Source: a virus. Taken from it: DNA of 64,000 nt. The stretch's first letter is position 1; every line of letters starts with the position of its first letter. This document shows, piece by piece, positions 9,893 through 17,345 of the stretch. The stretch is from IMG/VR virus record IMGVR_UViG_3300045988_115163. The stretch is one strand, 5' to 3'. The notes under the pieces are model-generated. The model had not been told where the DNA came from. It saw nothing but the letters and a program-made list of their open reading frames with translations, and searched no databases. A program made the translations under genes and the position numbers.

Positions 9893-9982
9893 TGAAGTTT
9901 CCGGCAAAGGAACTTGGAATATTGACCCGTATGTGTGGGTATATGAGTTTGAATTAATAGATTAACTAATAACAATTTAAGT

Positions 9983-10111
9983 ATGGAAGAAATAGATTTA
10001 AAAGTAACAGTTCTCTTGCTCTTTATTATATTTATATCATTCAATCAATGTTCGCAAACGGAAAAGATAAATGATATAAGGATGGAAATCAGTAATTTAA
10101 AATACAAGTAA
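9983..10111 (+). CDS. small hydrophobic peptide (42 aa)
   Basis: Manual translation MEEIDLKVTVLLLFIIFISFNQCSQTEKINDIRMEISNLKYK*; fills the gap before 10114. Confidence 0.35.
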   Translation: MEEIDLKVTVLLLFIIFISFNQCSQTEKINDIRMEISNLKYK

Positions 10112-10113
10112 TT

Positions 10114-10626
10114 ATGGAAACAGTAGAAGAAAAAGTAATCAAAATTATCCAAGGAAAACTACCAGAAAGTCGTAAAAACATATCTTTGGAAGACCGTCTA
10201 TTTGAAGATATAGACATTGACTCACTGGATTGTGTCGAAGTCGGCATGGAAATCGAAATGGAGTATGGAATAAAGGATTTTACCGTTGAGGGAGGACTGT
10301 TTAACCCGTCCGTCCAAGAGATTGTAAACCAAGTGAAAAGTCATATTGAAAATAAACTTTCCGGCTTAGAACTAATAGCAAAGGAAAGGGAAATACTGAC
10401 TGAAACCGATTATTATTCAACATACGAAATAGAAACGGGTATTGATGGAATGTTTTCTGTTAATGTTTATCGTACAGTACCTCAAACCGGAGATGGGATA
10501 ATCAAAGACGGTGAATATGTCCCAAATGAGTACACTACCGAAATACGTATTCAAGAACTTGCCAAAGCCGGAGCACTCATTGCTGCGGAAATAGACAGGC
10601 TAAACAAATTGGAGGAAAATAAATGA
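10114..10626 (+). CDS. acyl-carrier-protein-like domain fused to an unknown C-terminal domain
   Basis: LFEDIDIDSLDCVEVGMEIEMEYGI matches the ACP DSLD..VE.VM..E.EF phosphopantetheine-site region within an ~80 aa N-terminal domain. Confidence 0.55.
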   Translation: METVEEKVIKIIQGKLPESRKNISLEDRLFEDIDIDSLDCVEVGMEIEMEYGIKDFTVEGGLFNPSVQEIVNQVKSHIENKLSGLELIAKEREILTETDYYSTYEIETGIDGMFSVNVYRTVPQTGDGIIKDGEYVPNEYTTEIRIQELAKAGALIAAEIDRLNKLEENK

Positions 10627-11018
10627 AAACAATCGGAGAATATGAAGCCAGTTTACATGCTCTAAAAGCGACCAATTTTGCCCAAAAGGTACTTAAAGAG
10701 GTAGACAATGATAATAAAGATACCTTTGCCAAACATGCAAAAACGAACTTCTTGGCTGGCGTAGAATGGCTGATAGAAGAAATGGGATGGCGTAGCGTAG
10801 AAGATAAACTACCCGAGAATAAATTGATATTTCATAACAAATATTATGATAGTGGGGATATAGAAATGTTGTACTTTACCACAGACGATGTGATGGTTCT
10901 ATTGGATAGCGGTAAAATATCTAAAGCAAAAAGAATTTCGGATGATGGAGATGTATGGGAATGGTCTTTATCAAAAATTGAACAAGAAGAAATCATATAT
11001 TGGAGGGAAATACCATGA
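10623..11018 (+). CDS. DUF551-like protein
   Basis: FLAGVEWLIEEMGWRSVEDKLPEN; similar signature to 8924..9307. Confidence 0.45.
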   Translation: MKTIGEYEASLHALKATNFAQKVLKEVDNDNKDTFAKHAKTNFLAGVEWLIEEMGWRSVEDKLPENKLIFHNKYYDSGDIEMLYFTTDDVMVLLDSGKISKAKRISDDGDVWEWSLSKIEQEEIIYWREIP

Positions 11019-11212
11019 ACGAAGAATTCAAGAAAGACCTAAAAGCTCTTTTGCAGAAATATGACGTATCATGTGGAGTGAACTACTACGAATTTGCCGG
11101 AGAACTATTTCCAGATGGAATCATATTTGAATCAACCGATGCAAAAGAAGTATTGTTCTTCATTGAAGCGAATTCTTTTGATGCGGAAGATATAAAATTG
11201 GAAGAAGAGTAA
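11015..11212 (+). CDS. hypothetical acidic protein
   Basis: ATGA overlap with the previous stop; last + gene before the terminator. Confidence 0.5.
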   Translation: MNEEFKKDLKALLQKYDVSCGVNYYEFAGELFPDGIIFESTDAKEVLFFIEANSFDAEDIKLEEE

Positions 11213-11220
11213 CAAACGAG

Positions 11221-11248
11221 CCGGGAGAGACAAACTTCCGGATTTTTT
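11221..11248 (+). terminator. intrinsic terminator
   Basis: ccggga / ttccgg stem (one G-U), 9 nt loop, followed by a T6 run. Confidence 0.5.
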
Positions 11249-11294
11249 ATGACCTAACAAATCAGGAAGTACCGTATATATCAACTACTTACAT

Positions 11295-11450
11295 AAAAAA
11301 ACCTGCCCAAATCTCACGACTTAGACAGGAACGATCTTTTTAATATACAAAAATCAACATGCAATACAAAGCTACTTTCACAAGCGGTTTCAGTACGAGT
11401 TTGAAATAATAATGACGGATGAAAAATCAATCACTTAGTGAATAGAATAA
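11295..11450 (-). ncRNA. candidate orphan small RNA (promoter-to-terminator unit without an ORF)
   Basis: Bracketed by the minus-strand promoter boxes 11457-11487 and hairpin + T7 at 11295-11329. Longest minus ORF inside is 6 codons. Confidence 0.3.
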
Positions 11451-11456
11451 CGACTG

Positions 11457-11487
11457 CAAAGATACAAACTATATCCTAAAAACAAAG
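11457..11487 (-). promoter_or_regulatory. Bacteroides-type promoter candidate
   Basis: Minus strand TTTG (11487-11484), 19 nt spacer, TATCTTTG (11464-11457). Confidence 0.4.
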
Positions 11488-11527
11488 AAAAAAAGAAGGA
11501 AATCACAGCAAAAGCCACAATTTCCTT
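11482..11527 (-). terminator. intrinsic terminator of the minus-strand island
   Basis: aaggaaat / atttcctt 8 bp stem (11496-11503 / 11520-11527) followed on the minus strand by cttctttttttctttg. Confidence 0.55.
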
Positions 11528-11610
11528 CCAAATACTAACATTTAAACCAAAATGAAAATACCAATAAACTAATAATTTAAAATCAACTAAGTCATTCGCT
11601 AACGACAGGT

Positions 11611-11916
11611 CTACATTTCTACATCGGCAAAGATACTATCTTTTTCCATACAACCACTGCTCAAAGCGTTAAATTTGCACAATGCTTGCTGTTTACCAGT
11701 GTATTCCCATGCCCAAACACCAAATGCCTTGCTCGTCGGATAGCTCACACAGTCAAAATAAGTGTTCTCTTTCCGCTTAAACACCTCAAAACTCACCGTG
11801 CCGGTCTCTACATGCGTCTTCTTGTAGATATAAGCTGCTGGACACTTCTCAAACAGTTCAAACGAGTAGCCTTTCACCTCACCACGACCTTCAAACCTTT
11901 CCTCTAACTCTTTCAT
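11611..11916 (-). CDS. hypothetical protein
   Basis: 101 aa ORF; start overlaps the stop of 11913..12374. Confidence 0.55.
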   Translation of the reverse strand: MKELEERFEGRGEVKGYSFELFEKCPAAYIYKKTHVETGTVSFEVFKRKENTYFDCVSYPTSKAFGVWAWEYTGKQQALCKFNALSSGCMEKDSIFADVEM

Positions 11917-12374
11917 TTCTGCTCATTTTCTGGTTTAACTTCGACAAATATCACATCTGTAGCGTCTTCCCGTTCGTTTCCATCACAAGAACCAGTAAAA
12001 CGGCAATCGCAACATTCTACATTCGGTATGGTAGGCTTTAAAACACATCCGTTGCAAATATCTACACGATTTTCTACAGCTACACACCGGAGCGTCTTTA
12101 GACCATACTGAAACTCTTCACCAATAGCAAATTCAGTCTTCTTCTTATGCTCTATACGTTTTCCTGTACGTTTGAATATAACGCTTTTCCCATCTGAACG
12201 TTCCTTCTCGGAACAGATAATGCCAATAGGACAAAAAAAACCCAAATATTGCCAGCCATGAAAAAAGTCACACCCGTCACAATGGTCAGTGCTTGGAGCA
12301 CATTCATATTCAACTCCCTCATCTATAAATTTTTCGCCCACAGCAAACTCAAATCCTTTTTTCATACTCGTCAA
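11913..12374 (-). CDS. Cys-rich protein with two internal ~75 aa modules (paralog B)
   Basis: Each half reads F.(V/I)GE.F...YEC/LRC...C.GC...C...C...R.DG/DATDVIF; ends VIFVEVKPE. Confidence 0.65.
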   Translation of the reverse strand: MTSMKKGFEFAVGEKFIDEGVEYECAPSTDHCDGCDFFHGWQYLGFFCPIGIICSEKERSDGKSVIFKRTGKRIEHKKKTEFAIGEEFQYGLKTLRCVAVENRVDICNGCVLKPTIPNVECCDCRFTGSCDGNEREDATDVIFVEVKPENEQK

Positions 12375-12844
12375 TCTTTAGGTTCTACTTCTACAAAAAT
12401 TACATCGTTCCCGTCAATACGCTCAGAGGAAAAACATTCACCTGCAATACCAGATGATGAATAACAACTTCCACATTCAAAAAAGAAACATCCAACACAA
12501 CGGTCGTCTGAATATTCAATTACAGGGTTTTTACTTTTTACGCACTTCAAACGCTTCAATCCGCACTGGAATTCCTCATTCAACGCAAACTCCGTCTTCG
12601 GAACAGCAGGCTTCTCTTTGCCTATCTCCACGAAGATTACATCTCTGTTGTCAACACGATTCAAAGCAGAACAATGACCAAAAAACTTAGGCTTACAACA
12701 ACCATAGCAATCGTCACCTGGATTAAAAATACAACCCTCACATGTATAAGCAGGACGGCACTCGTAAATGACACCTTCATAGGCAAAACTAGACCCCAAT
12801 TTAATGTCTTTAAGTTCTTTCTCTTCTTCCATAATAAAATCCAA
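12371..12844 (-). CDS. Cys-rich protein with two internal ~75 aa modules (paralog A)
   Basis: Same module architecture as 11913..12374; ends VIFVEVEPKD; overlapping stop/start. Confidence 0.65.
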   Translation of the reverse strand: MDFIMEEEKELKDIKLGSSFAYEGVIYECRPAYTCEGCIFNPGDDCYGCCKPKFFGHCSALNRVDNRDVIFVEIGKEKPAVPKTEFALNEEFQCGLKRLKCVKSKNPVIEYSDDRCVGCFFFECGSCYSSSGIAGECFSSERIDGNDVIFVEVEPKD

Positions 12845-12994
12845 TTTAAAAGTTTATAATACGTATCGCTGTTTTTTCAATTCTAAACCAAAAGGCAAGG
12901 AAATGTTCATCTTCACAAAGAAAATAGAAAATAACCCATATACGGGGTAGCAAATATCGGAAGTATTCAACCATTTCTATTCACAACCACGACG

Positions 12995-13024
12995 CAAAGA
13001 TAGAAATTTAAAATGAAACACAAA
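12995..13024 (-). promoter_or_regulatory. Bacteroides-type promoter candidate for the Cys-rich genes
   Basis: Minus strand TTTG (13024-13021), 18 nt spacer, TATCTTTG (13002-12995). Confidence 0.4.
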
Positions 13025-13185
13025 CAAAATCAAGAGAAATATTTGGCAAACGACAAAAAATAAAGCCGAAACGCTAATTAGCGCATCGAAACACACCGCT
13101 ATCACACCAAACACACCGGTGTGTTTACCGTTAACCCATTAACTGATTGAATTACAGCCGAATACGGAATTACGACTTCGGAAAA

Positions 13186-14304
13186 TCATTCATTCATTTT
13201 ACACCATACATAACCAGCAGACTTCCGAGTACGACCCATCACGCATGCCCAAATTTTGCAATATGAAACTCCTGTAATGCGACTCGCTTCCCGTATTCCC
13301 GAATATTTAGCCACCAAAGTACCATCCAAGGTATATTGAGCGATATCTATGTCGTTACGCAATTTAGCCTTAGCACGAGAAGGGCGTTTACTGCAAAGAA
13401 CAGGCATATCGTCACATTCGGATATAGGCTTATAGATATCACCCAAAATCTTACCTACAGTTTCCGAATAAGGCTCAATCTTAGAAGGAAAATCATCGCT
13501 CACTTTCTTGTACAGGATATATCCATTACAATATTTGCCATAAGGGACGGAGTGAGATTTGCTGAAAGTACGCAAAGCCTCACACTTACTGGAATATTCA
13601 CCGCAGAAATTACCGTCTTCATCATATTTCAGAGCATGAGGGACTACATGAGGGGTGTATTCAACCTCTTTGCGAACAACACGCTTCTCAACAACAGTCT
13701 GATAACGGACACGAGGGACAATCTTAAAACTCGAAGTTTCTATATGAAGAGGGACTTTATCATAACGCTTACTACGAAATACATATTTCCCATCATAGAC
13801 TTTGTTCTTATCCAAATAACCGGATAAGCTCTTCTTAACAATGCCTAAAGAATACATACAACGCAATAGAGAAGGGTACTCAGACAAAAAATTGCCATCA
13901 GAATCATAAACTAATATAGGCTTTAATGTGCCGGAAGTATTCAAATCACAAGAAGGAAGACCCAACAATTCACCACCTATACTCACATTATAACCCGAAG
14001 GATGCAATGTGTTCAACTGACGAATGTATTTAATCTCCAAAATAGAAAGGCAAAGTGGCAAATCCTCGGCAGACAAATTAGACGGAGAACTCAAAATGTC
14101 TATAGAACAAGAATCAAGACCAACCAAACGCAATGCACGCAAATGAACACTATCACTATCCGAAAAACAACCGCTAATTTGACGCTGGTATAATTTCAGA
14201 CGATTAGACAACTTCTTGGCTTGACCAATATACTGCATCCCATTAGGATGAGTAAGGCAATAAACACAAGGAATAGACAGGGACAAGGATTCTTCAATAC
14301 TCAT
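13186..14304 (-). CDS. GIY-YIG homing endonuclease with three NUMOD1/IENR1-like DNA-binding repeats
   Basis: VYCLTHPNGMQYIGQAKKLSNRL (GIY...YIG). Three Y.(D/L)DGN F..(E)Y-type repeats; the last is ...IREASRITGVSYCKIWACVMGRTRKSAGYVWCK. Confidence 0.75.
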   Translation of the reverse strand: MSIEESLSLSIPCVYCLTHPNGMQYIGQAKKLSNRLKLYQRQISGCFSDSDSVHLRALRLVGLDSCSIDILSSPSNLSAEDLPLCLSILEIKYIRQLNTLHPSGYNVSIGGELLGLPSCDLNTSGTLKPILVYDSDGNFLSEYPSLLRCMYSLGIVKKSLSGYLDKNKVYDGKYVFRSKRYDKVPLHIETSSFKIVPRVRYQTVVEKRVVRKEVEYTPHVVPHALKYDEDGNFCGEYSSKCEALRTFSKSHSVPYGKYCNGYILYKKVSDDFPSKIEPYSETVGKILGDIYKPISECDDMPVLCSKRPSRAKAKLRNDIDIAQYTLDGTLVAKYSGIREASRITGVSYCKIWACVMGRTRKSAGYVWCKMNE

Positions 14305-14329
14305 AAGAAATGTTTTTAAAGTAAATATG

Positions 14330-14337
14330 CAAAGATA
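14330..14337 (-). promoter_or_regulatory. -7 box candidate upstream of the GIY-YIG gene
   Basis: Minus strand TATCTTTG 26 nt upstream of ATG 14304; no clean -33 TTTG. Confidence 0.3.
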
Positions 14338-14423
14338 TAAATAAAAATAAAATTATATGGGAAGGATATATTAAATTAAAAAAAAAAATGAAAAAATATA
14401 AAAATGAGAGGGGTAGTAGCCTA

Positions 14424-14510
14424 GCCCTAACCCATCGAAAATAGGGTACTCCCCCCAGCGAAAGAGCATGCGGGCAGTAGCCGCCCTAATTTTTGTGCCC
14501 GAAAATAGGC
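14424..14510. repeat. two copies of a GC-rich unit GCCCTAA-n-CGAAAATAGG
   Basis: 14424-14446 and 14483-14510. Each can fold (CCCTA/TAGGG). Isolated GC-rich patch in AT-rich spacer. Confidence 0.5.
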
Positions 14511-14699
14511 TTAATTCTTTCTCTGAGACGCTTTCATTGTGTTTGTGATAGATTGTATATCATTGATGTAATAACGCCTATATAAGCCACTAGAATGCGT
14601 CTAATACATTCGTTTCGTGTTTTAGGCGCTTGTTTAAGCTGTTTATAGGTCTACAAAGAGGCGCTAAACATTGATGTAAGCTATAAAAAGGCTGTTTTT

Positions 14700-14905
14700 C
14701 GGGCTTTTTTTTGTTTTTCTTTTCCCTTTGCAAGAAGGCAGGCGCATATTATACCTATTCATCTTTCACCCAACTTTTTTTTCTACTATGTTTTTTTCCT
14801 ATTCCTACATTTTTTTTTATCCTTTTTCCCAGTTTCTTTTTTAGGTTATTGATATTTCCTTTTCTTCTTCTTCTTTTCTTCTTTCTTTGTTTGTTTGTTT
14901 GTAGT
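14700..14905 (+). repeat. ~200 nt polypyrimidine (T/C) tract with multiple T7-T9 runs
   Basis: Direct reading: almost purine-free top strand, with T runs at ~14705, 14775, 14790, 14811, 14836. Confidence 0.7.
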
Positions 14906-14924
14906 CTTATGTGTTGTAGTGCTG

Positions 14925-14950
14925 TAGTGTTGTAGGTGGCTACAACACTA
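14925..14950. other. perfect 11 bp hairpin / inverted repeat
   Basis: tagtgttgtag - gtgg - ctacaacacta, preceded by direct tgtagtg repeats. Confidence 0.6.
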
Positions 14951-14997
14951 GTAAACTATTCAAGTATCGCTGTTTTTTTTCCGTTTTCTTTACACCG

Positions 14998-15181
14998 CCT
15001 TATATGTGTGTATATAATATATATATACTAGTGTATATGTGTATATATTAACCGTGATATACACTACACATACTATATACTGATATACTCGTAATATATT
15101 ACTATCGTAATATATATACTCCTATATCGTATATAGATGTGGTGTATATACACTTTATGGTATCACGCATGCGTGCGTGAT
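14998..15181. repeat. TA-rich iteron cluster (GTGTATATA core, both orientations) plus two perfect 12 bp palindromes
   Basis: Cores at 15008, 15031, 15039, 15056 (inverted) and 15142. GTGTATATACAC at 15142-15153; CACGCATGCGTG at 15164-15175. Confidence 0.6.
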
Positions 15182-15227
15182 GTAATACCGTGGTGGCAGA
15201 GGTCTGCTTTTATTCTTCTCTGTAAAG

Positions 15228-15260
15228 TGCTTAACTATGATTTGTAGTTGCTTAACTATG
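15228..15260 (+). repeat. 12 nt direct repeat tgcttaactatg x2, 21 nt apart
   Basis: 15228-15239 and 15249-15260, immediately upstream of promoter boxes 15264-15297. Confidence 0.55.
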
Positions 15261-15263
15261 TGC

Positions 15264-15297
15264 TTTGTGTGAAATACGATAGAATCGTGTATCTTTG
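15264..15297 (+). promoter_or_regulatory. promoter candidate
   Basis: TTTG 15264-15267, 22 nt spacer (long), TATCTTTG 15290-15297. Confidence 0.35.
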
Positions 15298-15359
15298 TGT
15301 TAACCTAATAGTGGTTATAAGACGATATATTAAATAGATGTTAAGATATTAGGTTGTTA

Positions 15360-15390
15360 TTTGCCAATTAGCAAATTATTAATACCTTTG
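15360..15390 (+). promoter_or_regulatory. Bacteroides-type promoter candidate (best match in window)
   Basis: TTTG 15360-15363, 19 nt spacer, TACCTTTG 15383-15390. The first downstream ORF starts only at 16057. Confidence 0.5.
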
Positions 15391-16056
15391 TAGTGTCAGA
15401 AAGGGATAACGGTTCTTCTACTGACAGCGTTCTTTTAAAACAGTTGTTAATACTCTATCACAAAGATAGCCTGTAAGTAGTCACACTACACACATGTACA
15501 GCATGTTAAGCAAGTGTAGTAGCTGATATACTCCATCTCTATACATCGTTATCTTTTCGGTTAACAACGGAATGAGAGTTCTTATTCTTATTGGTGTACG
15601 CTTGAAAATTGAGGCACAACAGCCTCCAAAAGTAAGTAAGACGTATAGGCAGGTATCTATCAAACATTGGTTAATATCAATACCTGCAAGGATAAGGATA
15701 ATAAACCTTTGATGCGTTGACCCTGTTAATTGATAGGTAGGGAGGAAAGCGAAATCAGACCGACGAAAGTAGCTATAATTTATTGATAACAACCAATACC
15801 ACATAACAAACAATACTACAGAGATGGAGAAATCTTTGCAAGTTGTTTGCTTCACTTTTCAAAAGTAATCAAGAAAAGATAAGTATCCATATATAAACGT
15901 AATTTCCGTTATTGTATTAGCGATAATATGATAAACGGTTGTATTGTATATTGGCTTATCTTTTCTCTTTAATGTAGCCTAAATGTTCCACGTGAAACAA
16001 TTTAGAACGTTACAAGCCGTTTCAAATACAGAGTAAAGAGATAAAAGATAATAATC

Positions 16057-16359
16057 ATGAAAAGAGAAATTAAAGTTGAACATGTAGCAAACATACTGTT
16101 AACTGCCATGGAAAAACAAGCTGCCTGTTTAGAACTTCTTTGTGATGAAATTGCAGACGGAAACATTCCTTTCTGCAAAGGTCGTAAACTTTTGAAATCT
16201 GGAATAGAAAGATACGTTATTATATGCGGTCGCTTCTATCCGTTGTTTAGAGAATATCCAGCGGAAAAAGGTTATGAATATGATATAGAGAGTCTAAAAA
16301 GATGCGACCGTGCAATATTAGGCGTGGAAAACTTTTATTATAATACTAATAAACAATAA
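16057..16359 (+). CDS. hypothetical protein (first gene of the early array)
   Basis: ORF track; starts a dense + array. Confidence 0.55.
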   Translation: MKREIKVEHVANILLTAMEKQAACLELLCDEIADGNIPFCKGRKLLKSGIERYVIICGRFYPLFREYPAEKGYEYDIESLKRCDRAILGVENFYYNTNKQ

Positions 16360-16364
16360 TAGCC

Positions 16365-16691
16365 ATGTACAAAGTAATAGTAACAACAGCAAAAGGAAAA
16401 ACTTCTTTTTATAAGACAAAAAGAAGTACCGATGTATTATTCGGGGAAACTGGATATTGTTTTATACTCCGACATAAGGAACACCCTGTTTTTAATCAAT
16501 TTTATTACGGTGGCAAAGGTATAATAATGGGTACTGAAAAATGGAAGCAAGTTAGAAATTTAGAAAAACAATACGCAAAAGTACCGGTATCTGATATGGT
16601 AGGCGCAAAAGTTGAATTCTTTCCACTAGACGGGAGAACTAAAAAAGCAAAATGCCTTCCTTGGTTTAATGTTGATTGTTTAATAGATTAA
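16365..16691 (+). CDS. hypothetical protein
   Basis: ORF track; packed array. Confidence 0.55.
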   Translation: MYKVIVTTAKGKTSFYKTKRSTDVLFGETGYCFILRHKEHPVFNQFYYGGKGIIMGTEKWKQVRNLEKQYAKVPVSDMVGAKVEFFPLDGRTKKAKCLPWFNVDCLID

Positions 16692-16707
16692 TAGAAAGGG
16701 AATAAGT

Positions 16708-16914
16708 ATGAAAGTGTACGATATAATATTATACGGAAATAGCGGAATATCTGCAATAGATTACGCAAAGGGTATCGACTTTTCAGAAATAGAAGAAATC
16801 GAATGTAGTTGTCCATATATTAATTATAAATGGGTGGCAACGGTTGCGGATATTGATATATACTACAACGTGGTAGCGGATTATTATATGTTTGCTAATA
16901 CAGAAAGAAGTTAA
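16708..16914 (+). CDS. hypothetical protein
   Basis: ORF track; packed array. Confidence 0.5.
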   Translation: MKVYDIILYGNSGISAIDYAKGIDFSEIEEIECSCPYINYKWVATVADIDIYYNVVADYYMFANTERS

Positions 16915-16916
16915 CC

Positions 16917-17120
16917 ATGAGAACAAAAGTACGATTATCAGATTTTAGCTTTATCAAAAAAGGGTACGGCTTGTATAGAGTTATCTATGAGAGTCCAGTA
17001 ACGGGTAAATGTTGGTCTACTATGATTAATGACATGACATTGATAGACGCAACGTTAAATTCAGACGAACCTACTGCCAAAGACTTGAATATGTTAAAAT
17101 GGATGTGTAAAAATAAATAA
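16917..17120 (+). CDS. hypothetical protein
   Basis: ORF track; packed array. Confidence 0.5.
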   Translation: MRTKVRLSDFSFIKKGYGLYRVIYESPVTGKCWSTMINDMTLIDATLNSDEPTAKDLNMLKWMCKNK

Positions 17121-17134
17121 GAAAGGGTATAATC

Positions 17135-17344
17135 ATGATAGAAAAGAATATAACAGAATTAATAAAAGGCGAAATATTTGTTTACAAAAGTGTTGGTATT
17201 AATCACCAATTTAGATGTACCTTCGACCGAATAGAATATATTAGCGGTTATCCTGTATTATATGGAGTATTGAGTACTGGAATTCAATATGAACATCCGC
17301 TTTCAGTCCAAGAATTAAAAAATGAAAAAGTAATAATAGTATAA
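17135..17344 (+). CDS. hypothetical protein
   Basis: ORF track; packed array. Confidence 0.5.
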   Translation: MIEKNITELIKGEIFVYKSVGINHQFRCTFDRIEYISGYPVLYGVLSTGIQYEHPLSVQELKNEKVIIV

Positions 17345-17345
17345 T

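Noticed and set aside
14711-14935. 74 aa ORF MFFFSLCKK...LLLFFFLCLFV
   Set aside because: It is simply the translation of the polypyrimidine tract and is not protein-like.
15481-15855. 124 aa minus-strand ORF in the non-coding hub
   Set aside because: It has no promoter or start context and an odd composition. It lies opposite to the predicted + strand leader and was kept as non-coding.
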